Shown: piece by piece, positions 28,477 through 38,269 of the stretch
How the letters are laid out: each line of letters opens with the position of its first letter
Position numbering within the stretch: position 1 is the first letter of the stretch
Virus record (IMG/VR): IMGVR_UViG_3300027283_000078
Location: 1 to 43,101 of that record
Length of the DNA: 43,101 nucleotides
Source: a virus
Lineage: Duplodnaviria; Caudoviricetes
Direction: 5' to 3' (one strand)
Program-made: the position numbers and the translations under genes
Notes under the pieces: generated by a model
What the model saw: the letters and a program-made list of their open reading frames with translations, nothing else
Databases searched by the model: none
Told to the model about the DNA's origin: nothing

Positions 28477-29800
28477 CGCGCTTCCCTTCCGTCTGCTTCT
28501 CGTCGAGGCCCAGCCAGGACCGCACCGCCGCACGCACCGTGTTGCCGGCGTCCGACGCGCCGCCGAGCTGGTCGAGCGGCGCCAGGTTCGTCTGCGCCGT
28601 CAGGACGTCGGCGCCGGGGCGCGTCGGCAGGTTCAGCTTCTGCCGGCCCTCGTTGCGGTCCATCAGGCCGTTCTGCACCATGGTGGACAGGAAGGACGCC
28701 TTGCCCGCCGAATCCATCTGCAGCAGCGCCTCGCGGTTGAACTCCGCATAGCGCCGGCGATTGCCCGTCGGGCGGATGATCTGCTTTCGGATCCGCGCCT
28801 CGATGCGGTCGCAGAGCGGGTCGATGCCGAGCGTCAGCCAGGACAGCAGGATCTGCTCGACCCCTGTCCCCCACATCGTCTGGCCCTGAGCCGCATGACC
28901 GATGATGATCGGCGGCGTCCCGAACAATCGGCACAGCTCCTCGACGCTGAATCGCCGGGTCTCGAGCAGCTGCGCGTCTTCCGGGTTCAGCGACACGTTC
29001 TGCCACGTCAGGCCGCCTTCGAGGACGCCGATGCCGCCGGCATTCCGGGCGCCCTGCAGCGGCTTGATGATGTTCTCCCTGATCTGCTCGCGCTGATCCG
29101 CCGTGAGTATGGACGTCGCCTGAAGCAGGCCGCTCGGGCGCAGGCCCTTCGCGAACGTGCTGCCGGCGATGCGGTCGGCCGCGGTCGCGGCGCCGATCGC
29201 GTTCGTGCCGTAAGCGATCGGCGAGAGGCCGAGGTCGGGGTTCGTAAGGCCCTGCCCGAATCCCTTCAGGTGGAATACCTTGTCGCGCGGCAGCTCCTCG
29301 ACCTTGCCGCGGTCGGTGAAGCGATAGATCAGCTGGCCGTTCTTCCGGACAGGCGTCGTCCGGTTGCCCGGCAGCGGCTGCAGCGCCGACAGCGCCGGGC
29401 CGGTGAAGGCCTTCTCGGCATAGGCGTTGCCGCCGGTCAGCAGCCAGGCAACCATCGTCTCCCAGAACTCGAGCGCCGTCTGGTCCTCGTTCGGGCTGTC
29501 GCCCAGGATGCTCGACAGGTTATCGTCAACCTTCTCCCGGCTGCCGTCGTCGCGCTTCTCGTAGGTGGCGAGCGGCAGCGCCGCGACTGCCTGGGTCGTC
29601 GCCCGGATGCAGGCCCACACGGTCGACAGCCGCATGGCGCTGTCCATCGTGACGACCTCGCCGGCATGGCTCTCGCGGCCGAACTCGGTGCTCCAGGCAT
29701 TGCCGTCGGTCAGGCGCAGGCGCCGTTCCTTCGCGACCTCGTCCGAAATCGCCGCATAGAGCCTGAACGGCGCCGAGATTGCCCGCACCAGCGCGCCCAT
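28469..29800 (-). CDS. Portal protein, HK97 family
   Basis: STVWACI, SPNEDQT, GNAYA, GLSPI, LEGG, DAQLLETR. Confidence 0.95.
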   Translation of the reverse strand: MGALVRAISAPFRLYAAISDEVAKERRLRLTDGNAWSTEFGRESHAGEVVTMDSAMRLSTVWACIRATTQAVAALPLATYEKRDDGSREKVDDNLSSILGDSPNEDQTALEFWETMVAWLLTGGNAYAEKAFTGPALSALQPLPGNRTTPVRKNGQLIYRFTDRGKVEELPRDKVFHLKGFGQGLTNPDLGLSPIAYGTNAIGAATAADRIAGSTFAKGLRPSGLLQATSILTADQREQIRENIIKPLQGARNAGGIGVLEGGLTWQNVSLNPEDAQLLETRRFSVEELCRLFGTPPIIIGHAAQGQTMWGTGVEQILLSWLTLGIDPLCDRIEARIRKQIIRPTGNRRRYAEFNREALLQMDSAGKASFLSTMVQNGLMDRNEGRQKLNLPTRPGADVLTAQTNLAPLDQLGGASDAGNTVRAAVRSWLGLDEKQTEGKRDE

Positions 29801-31443
29801 CAGAAGGCCATCACTGGATTGGCGAGGAAGCTGCTGAGGTCGACCACCTCTTCACCGCCCTTCGCGATCACGCCGATCGCCATGATCGCCGACACCATCG
29901 GGTCGATCTTCTCGGTCGACTTGTTCTTCGCCGGCTTGATGTTGCCGGCCGCGTCCTGCTCGACGGCGACGTTGCCGGCCGCCCAGCGCGCCACCGGATG
30001 GCCGCCATGGTCGAGTGCGCCGGCGAGCACCAGGCGCTCCATCTCCTTCGTCGGCGCCGCCATCGACGCGAAGCCCTGGCCGAAGAACTCGACCGGAAGG
30101 CCCTCTTCCTGCAGTTCGACGGCGAACTGCGTCGCGTTCCACCGGTCGATCGCCAGCTTCTGGACCTGGAACCGCTCGGCGTCGGCGAAGATCTGCTCGC
30201 GGATGACGCGGTAGTCGGCGACGTTGCCGTCCGTCTTCGCGATCGAGCCGGCCGCGTGCCAGACGTCGTATGGCACCCGATCCTGCTCGACCCGGCGCCG
30301 CAGCGAGTCCGCCGGCACCCAGATCCGCCAGATCAGGATCAGCCGTTCGAGCGGCGAGCGCGGCGGAAACGCCCATGTCAGCGAGATCAGGTCAGACGTC
30401 GACGACAGGTCGACGCCGCCCCAGCACTTCCGGCCGGCGAGCTCCGCCTCAAGCTCACGCCAGCGAACGGCGTTCGCCGGCTGCGACGTGCATGCGTCCC
30501 AGCGGTCGAGCGGCAGCCAGCGCGTGACCTGCTCTGTCCACTGGTTCAGATGGAACCGCCGGAAGTCGTTCTCGAGGCGCGGCGAGGCCTGGGCCTTGCG
30601 GCACTCGGCCTCGAGATAATCGCGCTTGATCGACACGTCGAGGTTCGGGTTCGCCTTCGCCCAGACCGCCGGGTCGGTCCAGTCGTCGTCCTGGCCTGCA
30701 GCGAAGACAACCGGCAGGAACGCCGGATCTTCGATCAGCCCCTCGTCGACCTGGCGCGCATACTCGTGCAGTTCCCAGCCATAGCCGCGGCCGCGCACGC
30801 CGGCCGTCGTGATCAAGATCTCCAGCGGCTGACGACGGGCGCCGGTGCCCTTGTGAACGACGTCGTGCAGATCGCCGTTCGGCCACTCGTGCACCTCGTC
30901 GCCGATCGCGAAGCTCGGCGAGAAGCCGTGCTTGTTCGCCGGGCCCGACGACAGCGGCTTGAAGCTCGCCATCAGCTGGGGGCAGAAGATTGACGTCTTG
31001 AACACCTCGAGCAGCTCGGCCAACTCGCGCGAGAAGCCGACCATCACGCCCGCCTTGTGAAAGACCAACTTCGCCTGTTCCTTGTCGACCGCCATCGAAT
31101 AGGCCTGCCCGCCGATCTCAGCGTCGCCGACCAGCGCCAGCAGCGACACGCCCGCGGCCAACTCGGTCTTTCCGTTCTTGCGCGGCACCTCGATATAGGC
31201 CTGGCGGATCAGCCGGGAGCCGTCGGCGCGCTTCCAGCCGAATATCGGCCGGATGATCCTGTCGGCTTGCCACGGCGCTAGCTGGAACGGCCGCCCCGCC
31301 CATTCGCCCTCGGTGTGACGCAGGTACTTCGGGAAGAACCCGCACGCCGCGTCAGCCGCGAAGGCGTCGAACCAGGCGCCGAAGCGCTCACCGCCGCGCG
31401 GCATCGGCGTCACTGGCTCCGTCGTGGCGGGCGTCACGGCCAT
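29800..31443 (-). CDS. terL: Terminase large subunit
   Basis: PRKNGKT Walker A, IGDEVH, ITTAG, KANPNL, GVDLS, IDRWN, KIDPMVS; start MAVTP coupled to the terS stop. Confidence 0.95.
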   Translation of the reverse strand: MAVTPATTEPVTPMPRGGERFGAWFDAFAADAACGFFPKYLRHTEGEWAGRPFQLAPWQADRIIRPIFGWKRADGSRLIRQAYIEVPRKNGKTELAAGVSLLALVGDAEIGGQAYSMAVDKEQAKLVFHKAGVMVGFSRELAELLEVFKTSIFCPQLMASFKPLSSGPANKHGFSPSFAIGDEVHEWPNGDLHDVVHKGTGARRQPLEILITTAGVRGRGYGWELHEYARQVDEGLIEDPAFLPVVFAAGQDDDWTDPAVWAKANPNLDVSIKRDYLEAECRKAQASPRLENDFRRFHLNQWTEQVTRWLPLDRWDACTSQPANAVRWRELEAELAGRKCWGGVDLSSTSDLISLTWAFPPRSPLERLILIWRIWVPADSLRRRVEQDRVPYDVWHAAGSIAKTDGNVADYRVIREQIFADAERFQVQKLAIDRWNATQFAVELQEEGLPVEFFGQGFASMAAPTKEMERLVLAGALDHGGHPVARWAAGNVAVEQDAAGNIKPAKNKSTEKIDPMVSAIMAIGVIAKGGEEVVDLSSFLANPVMAF

Positions 31444-31997
31444 CAGTGGACGCTGCCGCCGAGGATGCCGATGGGTGACTGCCGCGCATCGGCCTGCTGT
31501 CCGTCGGCCGCCGGCTCTTCCGGAGTGCCGAGCGGCAGCTGACCCTGCGGGCCGGCCGATGCCAGGCGCATCAGGATCTGCTGGCGCGCCATCGGGTTCA
31601 GGCCGAAGCGGTCCTCGAGCTCGGTGAGCCGACGCGACAGCCGCTCCTGGACGTGGAACCAGGGGTTGATCCGCAGCATCTTGCCGTGCGCGCTCTCGGT
31701 CTCGTACACGACAGCGGTCTTCTTGCCGCCGCGCCGGGTCCTGCTCGCCGCTTCCCAGTAGCGAGCCAGCGTGTCGCAGTAGCGGGCGAAGGCTTGGCGA
31801 TCGGTCGCCCGCAGGAACTTGTTCCGGTCGAGCTCCGGCGCCATCGCCTCCCACATCGCCCGGCCGGCGGCGTCCAGTTCGCGCGGCGGCTTCAGGCCGA
31901 GCGGATCGAGGGTATCCGGTGCCGCGCCGACGCGCCGCTTGCCCGGGTTACCCTTCGCCGCCTTGACCTCCGCCGGCTCCGGCTTCCGCCCTCTCAT
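31443..31997 (-). CDS. terS: Terminase small subunit (P27 family)
   Basis: MRGRKP...GNPGKR, INPW, FGLNPMAR. Confidence 0.92.
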   Translation of the reverse strand: MRGRKPEPAEVKAAKGNPGKRRVGAAPDTLDPLGLKPPRELDAAGRAMWEAMAPELDRNKFLRATDRQAFARYCDTLARYWEAASRTRRGGKKTAVVYETESAHGKMLRINPWFHVQERLSRRLTELEDRFGLNPMARQQILMRLASAGPQGQLPLGTPEEPAADGQQADARQSPIGILGGSVH

Positions 31998-32127
31998 GCC
32001 CCGCACCAGAAAAAAGTTTCACCAATACCGCGGTCGCACACATTTGCTTGCCCCAGACGGTCCAGGAGCGCGCGGTCGGGCACTTTTTGACCCCCCTCCC
32101 CCTGCCGGGCTTTCGCGAGTGTGCTAG
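31998..32127 (-). other. Probable cos/packaging region
   Basis: Intergenic between HNH and terS; GGGGAGGGGGGTCAAAAAGT followed by several GACCG motifs, as is typical upstream of terS in HNH-assisted cos phages. Confidence 0.55.
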
Positions 32128-32502
32128 TCACTTCTCGGACCGCGACCCGTTCGCACCCGACCAGACGACGCGGCGGCGGCCGAACCCACCATCGTCGCGC
32201 GCCGTCTTCTCGTCGTGGTGCCGCTTGCAGAGCGACTGCCAGTTCCGGCTGTCCCAGAACAGCGCGCGGTCGCCACGGTGCGGACGGATATGATCGACGA
32301 CCGTCGCCGGCTCGGTTCGGTCTGTCTTTCCGCACTCGACGCAGAGCGGATGGTTGCGCAGGTAGCCGAGCCGCGCCTTCTCCCAGCGGCTGTCGTAGCC
32401 GCGGTCGCGTGCCGATGGACGGCGCGCGTCGGCTTCCCTCCGCGCAGCCCGCGTCGCCTGTTCGGCATGCGCAGGACGGAAGGTCCCCGGACTGGTCGGC
32501 AT
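32128..32502 (-). CDS. HNH endonuclease (terminase-associated, HK97 gp74-like)
   Basis: RGYDSRW, HPLCVEC, VVDHIRPHRGD, NWQSLCKRHH; GGAGA RBS. Confidence 0.92.
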   Translation of the reverse strand: MPTSPGTFRPAHAEQATRAARREADARRPSARDRGYDSRWEKARLGYLRNHPLCVECGKTDRTEPATVVDHIRPHRGDRALFWDSRNWQSLCKRHHDEKTARDDGGFGRRRVVWSGANGSRSEK

Positions 32503-32598
32503 TGTCTCCCCGAACGCAAAGCGCCCGGCGAGGGGATATCCCCGGCCGGGCGCATTGATGCATGGTGACAAGATCATGCCGAAACTCGCGTCCCGCCG

Positions 32599-33303
32599 TC
32601 AAGCGGCATTCGCACGCAGGTTGCCAGCCCTGCAGGCATAGTCGTCGAGCGCTTCGGCCAGTATGCCGATCACTATCTGGCGAGCCGCGCACATCCGCAG
32701 TCCGAGCCCGGCCGCCACCTCGTCGACGGTCCGATTGTCGACCACGATGTCGAGCACGATCTCAACGACTGAGCAGCGCAAATCGACGCGCCGGCCGTCG
32801 GCGCGCACGCGCCACCAGCGATCACCGAACGACATCGCCCACGGCTTGTAGGCGCCCTCGTAGCGCGCCGCCATCGCAGCGGGCAGACGCTCGATAGACG
32901 GGACGAACGCCCTTCGGTGGGCGACACCCAGCCGGATCTGCCCCGCCCGCGGCATGAGGTCCCGCACGAGCGCCTCGAAGATCGCGCGGATCTCATAGGC
33001 GGCGAGGACTTGGTCCATGTCGATGTGCCCTCTCTGCTCGAGCCGCCGCAGCACGTCCGGCTTCAGCCGCGCCCGGGTCGCCGCGGTCGGCCCGATCTCG
33101 CCGCGCGGCCGGTGCTCGACCGGCTCGCCCTTCAGCCGCTCGGCACGGTCGGCCTCGGTCGCGGCGAACCGCAGACGCGCCGCCCGGTTGCGCTCGACCC
33201 GCGCGATAGCCGCTTCGCCAGGCATGGCCGCGCCGAGCCCGACCAGCCGCTCGCCGGCGCGGTCCATGGCTTCGATCCGCTCGATCAGCGCGTCGGTGAC
33301 CAC
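32599..33303 (-). CDS. Putative late transcription regulator (DUF6456/Q-like position)
   Basis: C-terminal HTH-like segment IVVDNRTVDEVAAGLG...LAEALD; last gene before the packaging operon; GTG start uncertain (33303 or 33315). Confidence 0.55.
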   Translation of the reverse strand: MVTDALIERIEAMDRAGERLVGLGAAMPGEAAIARVERNRAARLRFAATEADRAERLKGEPVEHRPRGEIGPTAATRARLKPDVLRRLEQRGHIDMDQVLAAYEIRAIFEALVRDLMPRAGQIRLGVAHRRAFVPSIERLPAAMAARYEGAYKPWAMSFGDRWWRVRADGRRVDLRCSVVEIVLDIVVDNRTVDEVAAGLGLRMCAARQIVIGILAEALDDYACRAGNLRANAA

Positions 33304-33344
33304 GTCGTTCCGCACGCACCGCCCGATCGGCGCCGCATCGCCCC

Positions 33345-33590
33345 CTCTGGACGATTTGGACGAATGACGGACCAATGCCGAAAATTGGTCCAGGCCCGAA
33401 AGCTTTTCTTTATCAGACACTTGCCTGTCTCCCTGGACCATTTGGACAAATAAACCCGATGTTCTGGGAATGTGATCTGCGCGCGCATGTGTGAGAGCCG
33501 GGAGAAATTGGTCCAATTGGTCCATTGGTCCGAACCCTTTGATCTGTAAGGGCGTTTCCGGTGGACCAATCCGGACCAATTGGACGAATA
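33345..33590. repeat. Clustered direct and inverted TGGAC(C)A repeats in AT-richer non-coding DNA; probable replication origin
   Basis: aattggtccaattggtccattggtcc (~33506-33531), tggaccaatccggaccaattggac (~33562-33585), tggaccatttggac (~33434-33447). Confidence 0.7.
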
Positions 33591-35111
33591 TCAGTCCGGC
33601 ATCCACTCTCCCGGCTCCGGCGGCGGCTCGTCGGGCGCGTCGTGCCCGGCGAAGCTGTTGACCAGCGCCATGTCCTGATAGCTGTAGGTGCCCACCTTGA
33701 CCCGGCTCCAGCCGTGCTCGCTGACCGCCCGGCCGAACCCGTTGTTCTTGAACGGCGTGATCGAACTCGCCCGGCACCATCGGCAGTAGGCGGCATAGAG
33801 TGTTGCCGCCGAGGTCAGCACGCCCGGCCGCCGCTCGACCGCCGCAGCCAGGAACTCGCCGACCGGGTCGCTCTCGTCGCGATAGTTCGTCGTCGCCGCC
33901 CGCACCGCGTCGGGCACGGCGAGCCCCCGTTCCGCCCACATGCGATAGCCGTCGAGCAGCCAGTTCAGGATGCCCGGAAGCTCTTCCAGGAACTCCGCCA
34001 TCACGTCGGCCTTGCGCCGCGGATTCTCGATGCGCACGCCGAACGGCACCAGGATCAGCCGCCGCCAGATGCCATGGTCCTGGCCGCGCACCACCGGGCG
34101 CTTGTTGGTCGAGATGACCAGCTTGAATTCCGGCTTGAAGTCGAAGAAGCCCTGGTTCAGGTGCCGCGCGGTCAGGCGGTCGCCGCCCGTCCAGAGCTTC
34201 ACCGTGCCCTCGGCGAGCCGCGCCGACGCGTCCGCCTCGCCGGTCGAGACCAGCCGCATGCCGGTCAGCCGTGCGAGGTCGGGCGTGGCGTCGGCGCCGC
34301 GCCGCCCGCGGTCTTCCTGCAGCAGCGACGCGATCGGCAGCGTGCAGCCGAAACCGCCGAGCAGGTGCAGGATCACGTCGACCACGGTCGATTTGCCGTT
34401 GGCGCCCTCGCCGTGCAGGATCAGCAGGCACTCCTCGTCGGTCCGCCCGGTCAGGCAGTAGCCGAACCAGCGCTGCAGGAAGGTGCGCACCTCCGGGTCG
34501 GGCTGGATCATCTCGAGGAAGGCCAGCCATCGCGGACAGGTCGCCTCCGGCTCCCAGGCGACGGGCAGGATCTTGGTGATCCGATCCTCGCGCCGGTGCG
34601 GCCGGGCCAGCACGCCGCCGTCGCCCGGGCCGTCGACGGGCCCGAGCTGGATGGTGCCGCCGGCGACGTTGAGCAGCATCGGGTCGGCGTCCATGTCGTC
34701 GACGCGCACCGCCCGGTGCGGCGACGCCTGCAGCACCATCGCCGAGAGCCGGTTCTGATTGCCCGACTGCACCGCCCACTTGCGTGCCGACGTGATGCGC
34801 TCGGCGAACTGCGCATCCGTCTCCCAGGGCAGCGCCCCGGCGTGGACCAGGGCGTTCGCCTCGCCCTTCATCGCGGCCGCGGTCGATTGCGCGAGCTTCA
34901 CGGCCTCGATCGGCCCGGTCTCGCCGCACCAGTGCGTACCCGTCCAGACGTGCCAGCCGACCTCGCGCACATGCAGCAGGTCCTGCCCGTGCCGCGCCAG
35001 CAGCCGCCGGGCGTTGCCCACGTCGTTCCGGTCGAGCTTGGCGAGCCGCTCGTCGAGCTCGGTGAACTCTTCGGCATCTTCCAGGGCCTTGATGATGTCC
35101 TCGGCGCTCAT
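33591..35111 (-). CDS. P4/D5-family primase-associated SF3 helicase
   Basis: NDVGNARRL D5_N, GEGANGKST Walker A, PDLARLTG, TGGDRLTAR, GIWRRL. Confidence 0.93.
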   Translation of the reverse strand: MSAEDIIKALEDAEEFTELDERLAKLDRNDVGNARRLLARHGQDLLHVREVGWHVWTGTHWCGETGPIEAVKLAQSTAAAMKGEANALVHAGALPWETDAQFAERITSARKWAVQSGNQNRLSAMVLQASPHRAVRVDDMDADPMLLNVAGGTIQLGPVDGPGDGGVLARPHRREDRITKILPVAWEPEATCPRWLAFLEMIQPDPEVRTFLQRWFGYCLTGRTDEECLLILHGEGANGKSTVVDVILHLLGGFGCTLPIASLLQEDRGRRGADATPDLARLTGMRLVSTGEADASARLAEGTVKLWTGGDRLTARHLNQGFFDFKPEFKLVISTNKRPVVRGQDHGIWRRLILVPFGVRIENPRRKADVMAEFLEELPGILNWLLDGYRMWAERGLAVPDAVRAATTNYRDESDPVGEFLAAAVERRPGVLTSAATLYAAYCRWCRASSITPFKNNGFGRAVSEHGWSRVKVGTYSYQDMALVNSFAGHDAPDEPPPEPGEWMPD

Positions 35112-36226
35112 GCGGCCGTCCTGTCGCTACGTGAATCGCCGGGCGCCGCCGCCCGCAGCAGGTCGTTCGCGTCCATCCCCGGCGGCGGGCGCACGATGCG
35201 CACCGACAGCCGCTGCCGCCGGAAGCGGCTCGCCGCGCGTGCGATCAGCGCCCGGCCGACGTGCGGGTCGCCGTCCGAATCGGCGATGATCACCACCTCG
35301 CGCACCGTCGGCGGCAGCACGATCCCCGGCCGGTCCATGTCCGGAGCGGCCGAGGGCACGCGCGCGCCGATCTTGTCCGGGTGCGGCTCGCCCTGGCCCA
35401 GCCCGGCGCCGGCGACGTTGCCCAGGCTGCCCGCCGCCCAGACCGGCAGCTCCGGCACGACCGAGGCGACCGACAGACCCGTCTCGATGCCCTCGCTCAG
35501 GCCCAGGCACGGCCCGGCCGGCGCCAGGCGGATCGCCCCGCCCCAGCAGCGCCCCGCCATCAGCTTCGCCCGCCGGTCCCTGAGACGATCGCGCCCGTCG
35601 GCGGTCAGGTACGTCCGGTGCAGGCCGGCCACGCCGCGATCCGGCCCCTGCACCGCCGCCACCATCGCCGGAAAGGTCCCGCCGTCCGGATGGCGCAGCG
35701 CCGGCACGAAGCGCAGCGTCGGCGGAATGGCGGCGGTGATGCCGCGCCGCCGCAGATAGACCTCGACCACGGTCCCCGCCGCCGGCCGCGCCGCCTTCCA
35801 CACGCCCAGCAGCCAGGCGTGCCGCGCCGCGTCGTCCTCGGGCTCGCCCGGCGGCGCCGGCGGCACGACGACCCGCTTCCGGCGAACGCCGTTCGCGATG
35901 CTCCCGTCAGGCAACGGCAGCCCCGCATCGCGCGCCAGGTCCTTCACCGCGTCGACGAACGACATCCCGTCGACCGCCATGACGAAGCCGATCGCGTCGC
36001 CGTGCGCACCGCACCCGAAACAGTGGAAGAAGCCCTTGCCCTCGTTCACCGTGAAGGACGGCGACTTCTCGCCGTGGAACGGGCAAAGCCCGACCAGCTC
36101 GCGCCCGTTGCGCCGCAGCGCCACGTAGGATCCGACCAGCCCCGCCAGCCCGACCCGCGCCTTCAGCTCGGCCAGCCAGTGCGGCGGAAAGGTGCCGCGG
36201 GCACCGATGCGATCGGCGCCGCTCAC
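35108..36226 (-). CDS. Primase: CHC2 zinc finger plus Toprim domain
   Basis: GLCPFHGEKSPSF...FHCFGCGAHGD, HRTYL, EGIETGLS, ADSD, DANDLL; GTGA-coupled start. Confidence 0.9.
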   Translation of the reverse strand: MSGADRIGARGTFPPHWLAELKARVGLAGLVGSYVALRRNGRELVGLCPFHGEKSPSFTVNEGKGFFHCFGCGAHGDAIGFVMAVDGMSFVDAVKDLARDAGLPLPDGSIANGVRRKRVVVPPAPPGEPEDDAARHAWLLGVWKAARPAAGTVVEVYLRRRGITAAIPPTLRFVPALRHPDGGTFPAMVAAVQGPDRGVAGLHRTYLTADGRDRLRDRRAKLMAGRCWGGAIRLAPAGPCLGLSEGIETGLSVASVVPELPVWAAGSLGNVAGAGLGQGEPHPDKIGARVPSAAPDMDRPGIVLPPTVREVVIIADSDGDPHVGRALIARAASRFRRQRLSVRIVRPPPGMDANDLLRAAAPGDSRSDRTAA

Positions 36227-36432
36227 AGGAATCGCGCCTGTTTCGGCGGCGCGGGCGGCGCCGCTTCGGCAGGCCGATCCGCCTTGCCCGTTCGCGCCGC
36301 CAGCCACGCCTCGCCCAGATCCTTGTGCGCCCGGCAGTACCAGCGCGAGCGTTCGTCCGGGCCGGCCTTCGGCAGCTTGAACCCCCAGCTTCCGCGCGCC
36401 GTGCACCCCGGCCCCTGGCACCGCCCCGACAC
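36223..36432 (-). CDS. Small Cys/His zinc-binding protein
   Basis: CQGPGC...GSWGF...WYCRAH; GTG start right after the upstream stop. Confidence 0.65.
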   Translation of the reverse strand: MSGRCQGPGCTARGSWGFKLPKAGPDERSRWYCRAHKDLGEAWLAARTGKADRPAEAAPPAPPKQARFL

Positions 36433-36433
36433 G

Positions 36434-37612
36434 TCAGACGCTCCCCGGCATCTGGTCCCAGGTGCGGCCGTCGAGATCCCGGCCGGCGACGACCTTGCCG
36501 ACGTTCCGCATGGCGACCAGCCGCTCGCCGTGGAAGCCGCAGCCACCCGCGAGGTTGTGCCAGCGCTCCGCGCCGCGCCCCATCTGCCCATCGAGCCGGG
36601 GAAGATCGCGCCAATCCGGATCGTCGCGGTCGCGGTCGAAGAACGCGGACCAGTCGCCCCACTGCTTGAAGAAGAACGGCACGCTGGCCGCGTCGCACTG
36701 GTCGCGCAGGCCGCGTGCCCAGTCCGGGTGCATCGGCCGCGCGCCCGGCCCGCTCTCGCCGCCGGCGATCACCCAGTCGAGGCCGTGCTCCCGATACGGC
36801 CCGTCGCCCGTGTCGACGCAGCGCAAGCCGGGACCGCATGGATCCTTATCCCAAAGCGAGTAGTAGTCGCTGTCGCGGTCGAGCGCGTTGAACTTCCACC
36901 CTTCGGAGTTGTCGTCCGGCGCGTATTTCGGCGCGGCGATCCGGTCGAGCCGCAGCTCACCCAGCAGCGGCTCGGCGGAGACGAACCGCACCGCCGCCGG
37001 CGTCGCCAGGAGGTCCGGGATCCGCTCGTCGGCGCGGGTCTGGTCTTCGGCCGACACGCCGAGCCAGACGTGCGGCAGCGGCCAAGCGATCGTGACATCG
37101 GTGGGATCGTCGACGTCGTCGATCGCCTGGACGGGCCACGTATCCTGATCGAGCGGCCACACCCGGTCGATCAGGCATTTGTCGATGAGCAGCCGGGCAA
37201 TCCGTCCTGGCGTCCCCGGGTCCGACAGATACGCCCGCATCCGCGCCGACCGCTTCGTCAGCACCTGGAACGTGTGCCCCGGCGCCAGCGCCATGACCGC
37301 GAAGACCCTGTCGATCCAGTCGTCCGGCACGCTGTCGTGGAACAGGTCGCCATGCGCGCAGACGAAGATCCGCCGCGGCCGCTTCCAGCGCAGCGGCTGG
37401 TCCAACCACTCCTCGACCAGCCGCACCTGCCCGTTCCACACCGGCCCGGCCTTGCTCGGGCTCGTCAGGCCGGCGCGCGACGGATGGTGCTGCAGCCGCC
37501 CGCCGGCCAGCTTCATCGCATAGCAGTTGGCGCAGCCGGGCGAGACGACGCTGCACCCGACGACCGGGTTCCACGTCGCGTCCGTCCATTCGATCTTCGA
37601 CGATTCGGCCAT
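36434..37612 (-). CDS. Phage Gp37/Gp68 (DUF5131) family protein
   Basis: IEWTDATWNPVVGC...SPGCANCYA, DLFH, LTKR, SAEPLL, WVIAGGESG, FFFKQWG. Confidence 0.93.
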   Translation of the reverse strand: MAESSKIEWTDATWNPVVGCSVVSPGCANCYAMKLAGGRLQHHPSRAGLTSPSKAGPVWNGQVRLVEEWLDQPLRWKRPRRIFVCAHGDLFHDSVPDDWIDRVFAVMALAPGHTFQVLTKRSARMRAYLSDPGTPGRIARLLIDKCLIDRVWPLDQDTWPVQAIDDVDDPTDVTIAWPLPHVWLGVSAEDQTRADERIPDLLATPAAVRFVSAEPLLGELRLDRIAAPKYAPDDNSEGWKFNALDRDSDYYSLWDKDPCGPGLRCVDTGDGPYREHGLDWVIAGGESGPGARPMHPDWARGLRDQCDAASVPFFFKQWGDWSAFFDRDRDDPDWRDLPRLDGQMGRGAERWHNLAGGCGFHGERLVAMRNVGKVVAGRDLDGRTWDQMPGSV

Positions 37613-37622
37613 CTTCGCCCCC

Positions 37623-37811
37623 TCACGCGCTCGGCTTCGCGGCCGCCGGCCAGATCTGGCAGCGCAGGCATTGCAGCGCCTCGAGGCGCTCGCGCGGCGG
37701 CTCCGGGTCGGCCGGCTTCAGCGTCACGATCAGCCCCAGGCCGCAGCAGGCGCAGCGCGAGGTCGTGATCCGCGGCCGCACCGGCGGAGCGATCTGCGGC
37801 GCGGGGCTCAC
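37623..37811 (-). CDS. Small CxxC...CxxC zinc-ribbon protein
   Basis: CACC and CLRC pairs; GTGA-coupled start. Confidence 0.5.
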   Translation of the reverse strand: MSPAPQIAPPVRPRITTSRCACCGLGLIVTLKPADPEPPRERLEALQCLRCQIWPAAAKPSA

Positions 37812-38269
37812 GCGGCACCCCCGGTCGGAATCTCGTCGAGCGGCCCCGGCAGCGCCGCGATCGTACCGGCCTCGCGGATGTACCGGTCGGCCGACTTCAG
37901 CCGCCGCATCCCAGCGGGCTCGTACACCCGCGCCCGGTGCGCCGCGCACCAGACGCCGTTCCCCTGCACCGGACCGATCACCGCGGGTTCGCCGCAGAAC
38001 GACCAGCCGGGCAGCGCCGGGTCGCCGTTGATCCAGCGGCAGGTCGGGCCCTCGACAGGTGCCGCCGCCGTCCCCGGCTCCGGCGTCGGCAAAGGGCAGG
38101 GCCGCGCCGCGACGGCCGGGGTGTCGTCGGCCGCCGCGGCGCCCGGGGACCCTTGGGGTAAGAGGCGCGCGATCGTCAGATACGGCTTCATCAGCCGCGC
38201 CGCGATCTCTGCGGCCGACAGGCCATGCCGCGCCAGGCGCGTCACCCGCGTCTGCAGCGAGGCGGTCAC
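37808..38269 (-). CDS. gcrA: GcrA-like cell-cycle regulator
   Basis: N-terminal GLSAAEIAARL HTH and C-terminal TCRWINGDP...FCG...WCAAH...VY; GTGA-coupled start. Confidence 0.8.
   Translation of the reverse strand: MTASLQTRVTRLARHGLSAAEIAARLMKPYLTIARLLPQGSPGAAAADDTPAVAARPCPLPTPEPGTAAAPVEGPTCRWINGDPALPGWSFCGEPAVIGPVQGNGVWCAAHRARVYEPAGMRRLKSADRYIREAGTIAALPGPLDEIPTGGAA

Noticed and set aside
19242-31997. Gene transfer agent rather than prophage
   Set aside because: Presence of HNH/cos-type packaging, replication genes, cI/cro switch and an att site indicates a true prophage
32599-34929. 776-aa ORF as a single protein
   Set aside because: N-terminal part overlaps the helicase out of frame and crosses the ori repeats; only the last ~234 aa is credible
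33561-37768. Long plus-strand ORFs (732 and 835 aa)
   Set aside because: Shadows of the helicase, primase and Gp37/Gp68 genes
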